A DNA stretch of 64,000 nt from Octopus sinensis (GCF_006345805.1 NC_043000.1:100564001-100628000), one strand, 5' to 3'. Positions 37,705 through 51,885 are shown, counted from the stretch's first letter. Numbers and translations: made by a program. The notes: generated from the sequence alone by a model not told the origin.

Positions 37705-39199
37705 TATATATATAATATATATATACATACATACATATATAAAGAAAACAGAAAATGGAGAAATATTGATGAACAACAATTGACTTACATCTATTATTAT
37801 TTATTAATTCAATACAAATAGACTGCATCCCATCTAACATCTTTCTGCTTCCAATATAGTATGGTATTGCCATTGATATGCTAAAAATATTTATCATATT
37901 TGGTAATAAAACCTATCTGAAACATGGAGCTTCATCAGAGTGAAAAATAAATAAAGAAGCGCATAGAGAAGAATATGGTTGTAATCATACCATTTTGCTT
38001 GCGTATCTCTTTAGGACGATAAGCAAATGACTAAACTTAAAAGAGTATTTGGTGGGTTAATCCTTTGTATGGGGTGTATAGGATGGCTAAATAAATAAAT
38101 AAATAAAAATAATAATAGCGGTATACGCCAATAGGTTTTAGTCGAAGAAGAGGTGAGGATACAATGTTTTAAATTATCGTAATTATTTTTTAATAATCAT
38201 GCTTATAGTACTAATTAGTAGTATTTATCATAGTAAAGTGCTAATCGATTAAATGTAATTTTTTACTTACTAGTAGGTAATTGAGCCCATCCACCTGTTG
38301 TCTGAAGTGAGATAGGCCAAGGTCCAGCGTTCGATATAATTTGGTCAGTTAAAACTTAAAAACAAATGACCACCTATTGAAACCGTTATATGGGGTAAGA
38401 TAAATAAATAAATGAATGGGAAAATGGTATATGTTGTAAGGGACCCGAAAACGCTTAGGTCAGAATATACTTGATTAAAAAATAAATATTATGGAATAAA
38501 TAAGGCTAATTATATCATTAAGATTAAGAGAGATACCTATTTGGAAATTTGGGAATTAAGACGTTGGGCGTGGGGTAGGGATTGGTCCAAAAGCTTTTTA
38601 AATAGGAATGTGAAATTAGCAAAACCTATGAAAAGAATCTATTCTGTAGGAAAATTAAGGAAAATATTTATGGTTAAGGGGAGGTAATAACTAGGGTAAG
38701 TGGCCTAAATTGGAAGATTATAAAGTCACAAATATATTTAATTTTTCAATTATAAAATTTATAAGATGCTCGCATGCCTATTTGCGACATAGGTGGCATT
38801 TCCACTACGACTTAACGGTTAGACTCGAAAAGAAACTGTCCGGCAATTGCCATTTGACTGGAAATTTTATTATCACTATAAAATACATATTGCTACGTTT
38901 GTACCACCCCCTTGAGACCCAACTACACTCTAGCTGAAAAATATAGAATCAATCATAAATAATATAAACGCCCTAAATTCAGTGGTGGCGTTAATGATGT
39001 AACCCGTTAAGTTAATGTGTTAAACTTACTTTTATTAATGTATATCGAATTAAACATGATATATACAAGATTTACACAGATATAAGTGTTAGGACTTGTG
39101 ATCCGCCCACGGACGTTTTTCTTTGGAAATTTTTGCCCGCCGCACTAAAACGTTTCCACGCCTCTGACCTAGATGGTCCGACAGAAACATATATGTAGA

Positions 39200-39800
39200 T
39201 TCTTTTCTGTTTTCATCGTAATTTTTATCGTAATGTGAGAAGTTCTGAAAATCGTGTTTTATCCTGGTGTTATATTCTTTGATAATGCGGCCATATTATA
39301 TGTTTCGTCAAAGGATATATTTTCTATATCCTGAAGTACCTGCAGCATTCCTCATCAGATATCGGGAAAAATTCCAGGCTACTAATAGAAATGTTGAGAG
39401 GCAGTCTTGTAGTTCCCCCGTCTCCGTTTTACAATTATGTAATAACTCTTATCTTCGCCAAAGATTTTCTCAAGCGCTTCAGCGTTGTTACGACATTCAG
39501 TAAATGTATTCTCTGTACCCTTTGAGAATGCCTTAACCACGGTGAGTGCTTTCTTGATAGGATTCGTGTTCTTGACGTATACATTCAGATCGTGTTTGTG
39601 TCTTCCGTAAGCCAATCAAATTTCCCCAGGAATCAGTTAGGAGATTATTAAAATTATAAACAACATCATAGAGCGAACCTGTCGCCCTTACTTAAGTATC
39701 CTATCAATGACTGCAAAATTATTTGCTGCATTTAACGTCTGGATGGTGGCCAAGAACAAAGTCGATTTATCTATAACATTCGTTATAATATCCTGAACTT
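39200..39800 (-). mobile_element. Degenerate hAT transposase fragment
   Basis: DLNVYVKNTNPIKKALTVVKAFS..FTECRNNAEAL...VKRRR resembles the hAT insertion-domain region. A CAGAGGCGT-like end lies at ~39158-39166. Confidence 0.4.
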
Positions 39801-41059
39801 TCAAATGAACCTACAAATAGAGACAGGATCAAACTTTTTTGAAATTCAACCAATGTGATACCAAGTTTTTCTTGTGCCACCACATCTCAGATATTACAGT
39901 TTTGTTACTTAAAAGTTGTTCAGTACATTCTTAAACACCCTTTTTTACTACCGCTTTCCAGCTGTGATTATACTACTTACTAAATGATCCTGGAGAAACA
40001 GGTTCAGAAACGTCAGATTCCAGTATGCAAATGACCTGTGACTTTTCACCATATGAGTGAAATTGTTTTGTTTTTTTTTATTTTTGCATCAGTTTAGTTT
40101 TTGTTGGCCACTGCCTTAGAGAGCTTGCAGAAAATGTCAATAAAAGATCATTATAAATTTAGCAATGTCCGACAAGCAAGGGTCTTCTTGGTACTTTCCT
40201 TTCTTGAAAATGTTGGGTCATGGTCTCAGGGGTATAACCATTCATTCTGTATGCAGAGGAAATACTTAGGTTTCCTACAGCCTCTCTCTATCCTGATTAA
40301 ATTCCTTTCCCTCACTCGTGAGTTTTCTTAAGAATTTATCCGAACCTATCTGAAAAGGAGCCTCGGTGACATTTATTGGTTTTCAGTTTATATTTATATA
40401 AACTGTTGATTGATTTCGATTAAATTTCTTGTTAATTATTTGCTTTCAACTATCCTCTTCAGATACCAACATTTTTATCGACAGATTTTTCACACTTGTT
40501 GAAGAGTGATTAGTTTGTCCGCAAGTGTTGCTAAAACCAACGATCGTTTCTCTCTATTTTTCGATATTTTGTTGGAGGAGAGAGCTTTGTATGTGATAAG
40601 CAACGCCACATAACTGATAGCTTTCAGTTTTCAAATCGATGAGTGCAATTTGTATAACTGATTTCGTTTCATTACTTCTTCAGTATCTCTACATTGTTCT
40701 TTGGAGGTGTTGAGAAAACTTATAAACAGGTGTTAATTTGCCAAAATATATGTACAGTAACGCCTCGATATACGAGTTAATTTTCTCCCAGAAATTGCTC
40801 GTAAAGCAGAGAAATAATTTCCCATAGGTATGTATCTACAAGTGATGGTGTGCGCAAGTCTAGTGCGAGTGAAAATGATTCAGAAAAGATTATAATAATA
40901 ATATATAATATATAAACAACTTATAAACAAGGGCAACAGAAAAAGAATTTCTAAAGCCAAATATGCCGAAACTAGACACATTGTCCATAACCATATAATT
41001 CATCACTATAAGCACGCGTCTCGAAGAAAGCCGACAGAAATTTCTAAAAAATTTCGTTG

Positions 41060-41120
41060 TTATCATATCGGTCCCGATTTCAGAGTTAATTCATAAGAAC
41101 CTTCTCTTTGTCAGTGATAA
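41060..41120 (-). ncRNA. Type I hammerhead, family C left arm (core CTGACAA, G8 mutated)
   Basis: TTATCA-CTGACAA-A-GAG-AAG-GTTC-TTAT-GAAT-TAA-CTC-T-GAAA-TCG-GGAC-CGA-T-A-TGATAA. Confidence 0.65.
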
Positions 41121-41264
41121 ATGCGGCAAAGAAATCGCACGTGACTCGAATGGGCTGGAGAATTTCTTTTTTGGATATATTTGGGGTACTTAATTGTGCT
41201 CATGACTTAGTGTTTGCTTCTTCCACGGGTATAAGTAAGTATTTCATTTATTTCTTTGTCGCAT

Positions 41265-41324
41265 TTATCACTGACGAAGAGAAAGTTCTTATTATTAACT
41301 CTGAAATCAGGATCGATATGATAA
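41265..41324 (+). ncRNA. Type I hammerhead, family C right arm; predicted cleavage after 41318 (AUA)
   Basis: TTATCA-CTGACGA-A-GAG-AAA-GTTCTTATTAT-TAA-CTC-T-GAAA-TC-AGGATC-GA-T-A-TGATAA. Perfect 6-bp stem I and a canonical core. Confidence 0.8.
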
Positions 41325-42878
41325 TAACGGAATTTTTTAGAAATTTTTGTCGGCTTTCTTCGAGACGCGAGCTTATAGTGATGAATTGTATGATTATGAA
41401 GGATGTGTTTAGTTTCGGCATATTTGGCTTTAGAAATTTTTTTCTTTTGCCCTTGTTTATAAGTTGTTTATAAATTTAACCTTTAATGGTATTTTTTAAT
41501 ATGCTGGCCATTGATAAAATTGTTTTCGAAAAATTTTATCCTATATTAGAGGTATATATCAATATATATATATATATACATATATATTATTTGTTTAAAG
41601 GGTACATTACTTGTATTTAAGCGCTACTAATAGTTTCATATGTTGAGGAATACTCAAATATATTCTTCAGGCGCAAACCACATATCATAATAAACTAAAA
41701 TAACTGAATAATAACACCCTTCGAGGATTGAAGCGAAATGCATAATACACGCTTAAGTTGGTTTATTTGGTCACTAAAGAATAAAAACACTAAATTAGAT
41801 ATAAAATAGGAAATAGTTAGTAGGGCAGAAGCTTACAAAACTGGAAATAATAAATATAATTCATACCTGGAAGAAACATTCTATATTTTCACGTCTACAT
41901 ACTTATTATTAGATAATAAACAAGAATTAGCCTTGAAATGCACACACCGCCACAAAAAAAATTTCACTAGAAAAGTTTCTTAATTGTCACTTATGTTGGC
42001 GATACTAAGAGTTTACATGGACTATACTAGAGTATTAAATAGTTTGCCTTATATTCTTATACTTCCACTCCATTTGTCTTTCATTGTTTCTGTACCTTCA
42101 GTCCTATTCTTCTTTTTTTCTACCATTTTTTAACATTCCCCCTAAGCGATTCACATATCCACTCACTCTGGACTTCTCCAACCAATTATTATCCTTCGTT
42201 AAACACTCTATTATATATCTAGGAAGATGTTACCTACATATATATCTAAGATTGATTTACATAGTTAAAAATTCAGATTTCACTTTAGATGGAAGTAATC
42301 TACCATATCATGAACAAGAGCCCCCGCAATAACAAGGAAACTGATATATTTTAAAATTCTACATGAATTAGCGACCCTTAATTTATATATCTCTCGCAGA
42401 AATTATTCCTGTTTCGCTTAAGGCTAGTGGTTGAAATATATTCTGACATAGTTTAACCTGGCATTCGTGACTCTACATCTAAAACTTAAGGTCATCCTTG
42501 TGTCGATCTATAACATATTATATAGCAATATCAGAGTTCTCCCCACTACCTCTCATACTCTTTTCATTCAACACTAATTGTTCACTACCAAAATTATAAA
42601 ACTGCCAAAACCATTATACTCCAGTTCGCTTCAAACTTTAATAGTGGCAACACCATGAATAAAGCTGCAAGGATATGTTTTAACCAAAAATGAAATCTGG
42701 ATGCAGATAAACCAAGAGGATGCAAATAAATACCATATAGAAAGATATCTATTATACAGCCGAAATATATATCAGTTAGAGGCTTAAAGAGAATATACTG
42801 CATAAATGACTGATAATAAAAACTTTGTAGATTTATAATTCTACATATTTATTTTAATTGTTTTATATATACATACAT

Positions 42879-43052
42879 AGGCGCAGGAGTGGCTGTGTGG
42901 TAAGTAGCTTGCTAACCAACCACATGGTTCCGGGTTCAGTCCCACTGCGTGGCATCTTGGGCAAGTGTCTTCTGCTATAGCCCCGGGCCGACCAATGCCT
43001 TGTGAGTGGATTTGGTAGACGGAAACTGAAAGAAGCCCGTCGTATATATGTG

Positions 43053-43083
<31 letters not shown>

Positions 43084-43287
43084 GTGTTTGTGTGTCTGTG
43101 TTTGTCCCCCTAGCATTGCTTGACAACCGATGCTGGTGTGTTTACGTCCCCGTCACTTAGCAATTCGGCAAAAGAGACTGATAAAATAAGTACTGGGCTT
43201 ACAAAGAATAAGTCTCGGGGTCGATTTGCTCGACTAAAGGCGGTGCTCCAGCATGGCCGCAGTCAAATGACTGAAACAAGTAAAAGA
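42879..43287 (+). mobile_element. Full-length tRNA-derived SINE (major family)
   Basis: Near-identical to 37240-37636. Confidence 0.9.
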
Positions 43288-43316
43288 GTATATATATATA
43301 TGCATATGTACGTATG

Positions 43317-43374
<58 letters not shown>

Positions 43375-43599
43375 ATTTACTATGCCATTGAACAGCTGGA
43401 GTTAATAACATCATTATCTGATGACACAGAAAAGCAATTTGGTCAGAAGAAGTGTTCGTATTTGATTGTTTAACGTAGAGAATGAGTCCCTCTCCACCCT
43501 AAACCTCTGCATCATCGGTTCCACACAAAGAATCCAGGTCAAATTTAGGTGAACGTGGCAGAACAAAAATAACAAACACGTATGTATGCATGTATGTAT

Positions 43600-43667
43600 A
43601 TATGTATGTATGTGTACATTTATGGCTATCAATATCTAGATCTATCTATCTATCTATCTATCTATCC

Positions 43668-43716
<49 letters not shown>

Positions 43717-44011
43717 CTCACCTCTTTCTCCTCCTCCTCCATCCCTCTCTCTTTCTCTCTCTCTCTCTCTCCTCTTCTCTCTCTCTCTATATATATATAT
43801 ATGTGTGTGTGTATGCATATGTATATATATATGTATACATTATATATACATTTATATATGCGTGTATATTTATATGTATACATACATACATATATATACA
43901 TTGTATCACATATTTTATGTATATGTATGTGTATATATATATGCATGCACATTATATATATATACATATTTACATGCATATACAAACATATATCATTATA
44001 TATACATATAC

Positions 44012-44054
<43 letters not shown>

Positions 44055-44072
44055 TACATACATACATATATA

Positions 44073-44110
<38 letters not shown>

Positions 44111-44117
44111 ATATATA

Positions 44118-44188
<71 letters not shown>

Positions 44189-44190
44189 AC
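43600..44190. repeat. Long compound microsatellite (TATC, CT, TA, TACA)
   Basis: Direct reading. Confidence 0.95.
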
Positions 44191-44803
44191 CGTACTTGCT
44201 CTCCTGTTTTCCTTTGTTATTCCTATTATTCTCAATGTAATCTTCACCGCTTTTATATTTATTGCACCTTATAATGTCCAATATCTCATCGACATTGTCT
44301 GAGTAGAAGAAATAACTGCTTCCAATGTAGACTGGCAGAATCGATAGAGCAGCGATCAATACCCTTCTTTATTTTAATTGTCACTTGAGGTCCCGAGTTC
44401 AATTCCGGCGGACGTCGACTTTGCCTTTATTTATCATCCCGGTGTTCAGTTACTACTGTTTAAAGCCACATCGGATTTGACTCAAGAGACCTTTGATCAT
44501 GTACGTTTCATTTATGACTACCGCGTCTTATTCAATGAAGACAATATTATCCGATATGTTTATCCTATGTTTTTAAAGATATTGGGTATCAGATTTCAGT
44601 GAAATCTGGGTGGTATGCTTTAATTTTTTGAACGAATATAATGTTCGTGCATTTTTAGTATGAGCATTAATACTCAAACAGCAGAGCACAAATATTATCA
44701 CCACCACCACCACCACAACGCACACATACATGTATATATATATATATATATACATATATACATGCATATATATATATATATACACGCACACATATACACA
44801 TAC

Positions 44804-44869
<66 letters not shown>

Positions 44870-44874
44870 GCACG

Positions 44875-44905
<31 letters not shown>

Positions 44906-45019
44906 ACGTAGGTGTGCTGAAAAATTCCTGGCTTTGGGTAAAAGAAAAATAACCGAAGGATCAGTAAATTATGATTTTTACTCTTTACTCTTTTTACTTG
45001 TTTCAGTCATTTCTGTGTT

Positions 45020-45057
45020 ACTTTCTGTCGAAGAGCTTATGCTCGAAACATAAAAGT
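45020..45057 (+). ncRNA. Minimal PLE-type hammerhead variant (core CTGTCGA) in a pLTR fragment, ~45010-45130
   Basis: ACTTT-CTGTCGA-A-GAGC-TTAT-GCTC-GAAA-CA-T-A-AAAGT. Stem III shows ACGT to ACAT decay. Downstream sequence resembles 20735-20830 and the 23.5-kb pLTR. Confidence 0.55.
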
Positions 45058-45336
45058 CTTTTTCACTTCCTGGGCGTTAAACTAATACATCTTTTTGTCA
45101 TTTACGCACCCATCGTCTTTTGTTTTTTGTAAGTTCTCACTATGTATGTGTGTGTGTGTGTGATCCTTGAAGCGTGGTACACAGTGATCCTGTTCAAACA
45201 GTGTCGACTTGATGGAGAGAGTGTGAGCTAATGTGCAGCACGAACATTTGACCACTATAAACAAAATCATTGTGTAGGTTGTTCAGCAAAAAGCTGAACA
45301 TTCATACATCGTCTTCGACGAGAGAGCCATCATCAT

Positions 45337-45384
<48 letters not shown>

Positions 45385-45635
45385 TATATATATATGGTTC
45401 ACTTGCCTCATTTATGTTCCACTGGCATGCAGAGTGCACTGGGAAGACTTTCTTGCGAAGACAAATCTCTCAGTCTTTGCAACACTAATTCTCAATCCTG
45501 CCTTGCAGCACTCGACAGTAAACCTGTACAGGTCATGCTGGAAATCACCATCTGATGAGCCAAGTATCACCATGTCATATGCAAATATCAGGCAACCAAA
45601 CTAACAGTCACCGACTGTGATATAAATTCACGCAC

Positions 45636-45671
<36 letters not shown>

Positions 45672-45954
45672 TCACAAACGAACCAGGTCACTGCACGTCA
45701 TCAAAATATGATATTTAATCACCAATGTGTACAAAGACTTAAAAGTAGTCGGTCTTATCTTTTTATATTTATGCGAATAAATCAAACGGAGAGAATGGTT
45801 TTACAATGTACTTCAAAAATAAAATACGAAATGTTTACTGCAAGTTTTCTTGTAAGACAGCCAGATATTTCTGTTCCTATTCACCCCATCAACAGCTGTT
45901 GAACAAATCACAGTTATTTGTTATTTATCTTTTATCGATTGCTTGTTTAAGTAA

Positions 45955-47230
45955 ATTGTGGCCATGCTCGAACACCGCCTTGAAAAGTGTTTAATCGAAG
46001 AAATCGATGTGTGTGTGTGTGTGTGTGTGTGTGTCTTCTGCTATAGCCCCGGGCCGACCAATGCCTTGTGAGTGGATTTGGTAGACGGAAACTGAAAGAA
46101 GCCTGTCGTATATATGTATATATATATGTATGTGTGTGTGTGTGTGTGTGTTTGTTTGTCTGTGTTTGTCCCCCTAGCATTGCTTGACAACCGATGCTGG
46201 TGTGTTTGCGTCCCCGTCACTTACTTTTCTTAAAGCTTGGTACTTATTCTCTTGGTCTCTTTTGCCGAACTACTTGGTGTGGCTGTGAGGTAAGACGCTT
46301 ACCTCTCAACCTCATGGTTCCGGGTTCATTCCCACTGTGTGGTACTTTGGGCAAGTGTCTTCTACTATAGCCTCGGGCCCACCAAAGCCTTGTGAGTGGA
46401 TTTGGTAGACGGAAACTGGAAAGAAGCTCGTCGTGTATATTTATGTATATACTTATGAGTGCCTCTGTGTCTATGTTTGTTACCCACCCACCATCGTTTG
46501 AAAACTGATATTGGTGTGTTTACTTCTCCGTAACGTAGCAGTTCGGAAAAAGTGACCGAGAGAATAAGTACTAGACTTGCAAAGAACAAGTACTGGGGTC
46601 GATTTGCTCGACTAAACCCTTTAAGGCGGTGCTCTAGCATGGCCGCAGTCAAATAACTAGAACAAGTAAAAGAATAAAAGAATACATTTGTGTGTATGTG
46701 TGTGAGCGCACGTGTATATGTGTGTGTGTGTTTATTCTAATCTTTTACTTGTTCAGTCATTTGAGACGCCAACAGGAGGGAGGTGGGGGTCATGTTTTGG
46801 GCTGGTATCATTGGTGGTATGATGGTCAGGCCATGGAAACTGCTACAATGCTGAAGTAACTGCTGCCATGCTGGAGCACCGTATTTTAGGCGAAGAAATT
46901 GACCCCAGGCCTTGTTCTTTGTAAGCCTGGTATTTATTTTGTCTCTTTTGCCAAACTCCAAAGTTACGGGGACGTAAACACACCAACATCGATTGTCAAG
47001 CGATGGTAGGGGGACAAACACAGATACAAAGACACACATACACACACACACACATATATATAAATATATACGACGGGCTTCTTTTCAGTTTTTGTCTACC
47101 AAATTCACTCAAGGCTTTGGTCGGCCCGAAGCTATAGTAAAAGACTGTTGCCCAGTGTACCACGCAATGTGACTGAACTTGGAACCACGTGCATGGGAAG
47201 CAAGCTTCTTACCATACAGCCACGACTGCG
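45955..47230. mobile_element. Cluster of nested or opposed major-family SINE copies (+ ~46275-46680; - ~46860-47230; fragments ~45955-46230)
   Basis: Repeated SINE head and tail motifs in both orientations. Confidence 0.8.
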
Positions 47231-48065
47231 CTTATACAGAAAATATTGGTTTCAAATTTTGGCACAAGGCCAACAATTTCAAGGGAAGGTGTAAATTAAT
47301 ATGGTCGACCCCTGTTCTTGATCGGTAAATATTTCATCGACTTCGAAGACTGAATGGCTTAGTCGACCTCAGCGGCATTTGAACTTAGAACGTAAAGCCA
47401 TAAGAAATGCCGCTAAGCATTTCGTCTGACATCACGGATGGATGGTATATGAATTAACCAGGAATAGACAAAGAAATGAAGCAAGCATTCAATATATCAC
47501 AAAGCTATAATAACTCTCATAGAAAAGTTGTGAAAGATATCTTAAGATTGCTCAACTCGGGGAATATTATAAGCTGGGACAATTTAGTACATAGCATATT
47601 CTTTGCAGTATAAATATTAATTAATTAATTAATATACTGTTTTCATTACCTCCACATTACCTCCACCCAATCTGTCGTATATCTAATTGGCTTAATTTTT
47701 CATAGCGGGTTTAAGTAATAATGTGAGGAAGACAGGAGTCTGGGGACTTTTTTATAGACGTGTTTATTTTATCATTTTCTATTTTTATTTTTATTTTTAT
47801 GTCGTGCCTATAGAATGATCTGGAAAGATCATCCAAAGTTCTGAGGTGAAGACTAGTATTTACAGAGACTGGGAATTTTAATTGCGTATTATATAAGGCC
47901 AGACAGAAAGATGTATAAGATATTTAGCGATATGAGCGGGGATATCTTTCTGTCGCTGTACTGCCGAAAGAAAAAATTAGATTTGCCATGTTAAATCTAT
48001 ATTATATTTGTGGGTGTACACACATGCACACACACACACGTGCGCACGCATATAAACACATGAAT

Positions 48066-48097
<32 letters not shown>

Positions 48098-48103
48098 GAT
48101 ATA

Positions 48104-48196
<93 letters not shown>

Positions 48197-48200
48197 ATAT

Positions 48201-48247
<47 letters not shown>

Positions 48248-48924
48248 GTATGTATGTATGTATAAATTGTATATACGTATGTATATATGCATGCATACAC
48301 ACACGCATATCTGCATGTTTGCGTGTGAATGCAATATGCAGTGTTACACAAAGGACTGAGATAAATAGATGGACATATCACCAAAAAGCCATTGTTTATG
48401 AGTTAAAATATATTCACAGACAAGTTTCTATTGAAGGTCAATTGCAGCGTATTTCTTTCAGTCCACGCAAGCGCCGTATGAAATTACCACTGCCTTTTGA
48501 AACATTTTATGCATACGCATAGTTATTTGCCTTCTGTTGACCTCTTGCACACATCTGAATAAATAAAAGCGAATATACAATTAGCGACAGAGTGAGGAGA
48601 GAGAAAATGAGGAAAAGGGTAAGAGAGAGAGAGGAAAGAGAGAGAAGGAGAAATACACATTGGCAAAAGCAGAGAATATGGTTATATCATCAAAATAGCA
48701 TTTCCGATCAGTAAATATAAAAATTCAGATTGATAAGAGACGAAGAATGAAAATTTTAGCCATTCTTTCAGTTCCACAAAATATTCATGAACGATAATGA
48801 TAATTTTTAATATAAGCACAAGGCGACAGATTTTATATATTCGTAAGATTTAAAATATATATGTTAATTAATATATATACTTGGTATGTATTTTAAAGAT
48901 TTTCAGCTTATATTCTGTGGAGGC

Positions 48925-49160
48925 TCGTGGGCTAGTGGTTAGGGTGTTGGACTCTTGATCGTAAGACTGTGGTTTCCATTCCTTGACCGAGCGACATCTT
49001 GTGTTCTTGAACAAAACTCTTCATTTCACTTTGCTCCAGTCCGCTCAGTTGACAAAAATGAGTGATCCTATGATGGACCGGTGTCGCACCCAGGTCGAGA
49101 ATTTATACGCTATGGAAATAGGGAAACCGGCCCTTTTGAGTATCTGTGACTCTGGAAGGA
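48925..49160 (+). mobile_element. tRNA-derived SINE (second family), diverged
   Basis: gggctagtggttagggtgttgg..ttgtgttcttgaacaaaac..ttgctccagtccgctcag. Confidence 0.7.
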
Positions 49161-49613
49161 TATTTATTCTATATGCTTATATTCTCCTAGTTGCGCACTC
49201 TACTGGTATTTTTCACTCCTTTTCTAAGATAGTTATTTATTTTCCGGTGATGATATATTAAATGATTACATTCTTTCCGTTGTTCGTTCCTGATTAATTC
49301 ATATACAATCGATTCGTAATATATAATGAGTAACTACGTTTAATTCAACAGCGGCTGGTAAATTGAATAGATACTAAAATATCTGTCTCTCCTATGAGTG
49401 ACCTTATAGTAAATATTCCATATTTACTATAAGTGCTGGCGAGTTTGCATGGCAACTATTTTTTTCATCAAATAAAAGGCGTGACCCCTAGGACAAAATT
49501 CCTCATCTTATAAAATATAGCGCGAGTAGACCCGAATGAAATCGGGTTATATTAACTAAAGTGTGAAAAGGAGTCTAAATGGGGCTAGAAGGGGAGTAAA
49601 ATTTACAGGAGCG

Positions 49614-49868
49614 GGTATTTAGGAATTCTCTGTTACATCAAGCTAAAAAATTTGCGCCAGCCTTTAAATCTTCAACGTGTTGCCGTCCATGATGAAGAAG
49701 AAGTTTGTGCTTGCCATGGTGAGTTCTACGTCGTGAGTGAGAAAGAATCACTTCAAAACTTGGTGTTTAGGAATTTCTTTTACATCAAGTTCAAAATTTC
49801 CGCCAGCCGTTAAACTGGCACTACGTTGCTGTCCGTCGTTAAGAAATGCCAGCCATGGTGAGTTACTA
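49614..49868 (+). repeat. Diverged tandem duplication (~140-147-nt period), each unit ending GCCATG|GTGAGTT
   Basis: ggtatttaggaattctctgttacatcaag..gccagcc..gccatggtgagtt (49614-49725) vs ggtgtttaggaatttcttttacatcaag..gccagcc..gccatggtgagtt (49761-49864). Confidence 0.7.
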
Positions 49869-50223
49869 TCCTCAGATTCTATCCCTTCAAACTTTGGTTT
49901 CCAAATTTTTTTATCATCACGAAAGTTCGTCTGTCCCTTTTAAATGTTAATGTTTGCTGTCTGCCTTGAAGCAGACCTTTCCGTTGTCACAGCCTGATAT
50001 TTATGATGATCTTTCAAAATATTTTCTCTCTCAACTTACTCAAGATCTTTTGTTATATAAATGGAGAGAGATAGATAAAGATCGAGAGTAGAGAAAGCGA
50101 GGGAGAGTCCGAGAGAAAGGAGAGTCAGAGAGTGGGAAAGTGAAAGAGAGAAGAAACAAGAGGGGAGAATGTGGTGATAAAAAGCAGAAAGAAGGAAGCA
50201 AAGAAAGTAAAAAACCCACTCTT

Positions 50224-50255
50224 ACCCGCGCGTAGAGCGGGTCACCTTAAGCTAG
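50224..50255 (+). mobile_element. Helitron 3' terminus (GC-rich hairpin plus CTAG followed by T)
   Basis: ACCCGC-gcgtaga-GCGGGT (50224-50242), then caccttaag, CTAG (50252-50255) and T. The 5' end was not located. Confidence 0.7.
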
Positions 50256-50301
50256 TATATATATATAAATACAGATATCTACACTTTGTATATATATATA
50301 G

Positions 50302-50333
<32 letters not shown>

Positions 50334-50621
50334 GAAACACCCATACACATATATAAATTAACCCAATAAATATCTGATTCATAATATTGTTCTCATGATT
50401 GTGTGGTAGTTGTGGAGATAATAATTCTCTCTATGAATGCAGGCAGACGTAGAGAGAGAGAGAGGGAGAAGGAGAGGGGATGTGGCAGAAAAGAGTGAGG
50501 CAGCAGGCGGGGAAAGGGAAGGACAGATAGTAGATGCTGTCAAACGATGTTATAGAGAGAAAGTGAAAGAAATTATTTTCGAATTCTTTTCTCTTATGAG
50601 GTTTTTCACGCTAACTACCTG

Positions 50622-50654
<33 letters not shown>

Positions 50655-50657
<3 letters not shown>

Positions 50658-51885
50658 CGCAGCACGGGTGGGTGGTAAAAAGCTTGCTTCCCAACCACAT
50701 TGTTCCGGTTTCAGTCTCACTCCGTGACACTTTGGGAGAGTGTCTTCTACTATTGCCTCAGGCCGACCGAAGTCTTGTGAGTGGATCTGGTAGATTTGGT
50801 GGATTTAAAAAAAGGCCGTCGTATACATGCATATATGTGTATATTTGTGTGTGTGTGTCGGGGTCTGATCCCCCACCATCGCTTGACAGCCGATATTGGT
50901 GTGTTTACATCCCCGTAACTTTGCGTTTCGGCAAAAGACACCAATAGAATAAGTACTAGGTTTACAAAGAATAGGTCCTGGGGTCGGGTTGTTCGACTAA
51001 GGGCGGTGTTCCAATATGGTCGCAGTCAAATGACTGAAACAAATGAAAAAAATATATATATATATATATTGAAATAGTAAAAGGAAAAGACCCCCTTTGA
51101 TCATGAATGACCATGAGATTGCACCCAGAAAGTTACCCTCCAAGGCAAAAATCCGGGCAAGATTGTTTATGGAAGACCAGCAGTTGCCCATGCATACCAG
51201 CGTCTCATGTCCTCGCCACCGATAATATCCAAAGGAAAGGTAAAGGCCAATATACCTTGATACCAGTGACGTTGCAACTCATTTATAAGGCTGAGTCAAG
51301 AAGGCAACACACAGCCCTGTCCAAGAATCGAACTCACTACCTATTGATTGTGAGCTCGACAATCTAACCACTGAGCTATAGTGCCTTCAAACACACACAC
51401 AAAACATACACACACACACACACATGGAGACAGGCGCGCGCACACACACACACACACATAGAGTATGACATAGTTAGGATGATATATATAGTTAACTTCA
51501 GGCGAGAGATTTATCGATTTTTTCAACCTTGGTATATGACTGTTACCGAAATACTAAAATCAACATCTCTTTTACTCTTTTACTCTTTTACTTGTTTCAG
51601 TCATTTGACTGTGGCCATGCTGGAGCATCGCCTTTAGTCGAGCAAATCGACCCCAGGACTTATTCTTTGTAAGCCCAGTACTTATTCTATCGGTTCTCTT
51701 GCCGCACCGCTAAGTTACGGGGACGTAAACACACCAGCATCGGTTGTCAAGCGATGTTGGGCGGACAAAAACAGACACATAAACATATACACACACATAC
51801 ATACATACATACATACATCACACAACACACACACACATATATATATATATACATACATATATATAATATATATATATATATCTAT

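Larger units (their letters stand above)
40911..41472. mobile_element. Family C: head-to-head inverted pair (arms 40911-41135 / 41250-41472, about 90% identical), each with a type I hammerhead
   Basis: Manual alignment of the arms. Both end at ...agttgtttata and the left arm abuts a TA-rich tract. Confidence 0.8.

Noticed and set aside
43582-44359. Long YI/HT/CV-rich ORFs here and throughout the window
   Set aside because: They are translations of (TA)n, (CA)n and (TATG)n microsatellites.
45530-45600. CTGATGAGCC motif
   Set aside because: No matching GAAA or stem III downstream.
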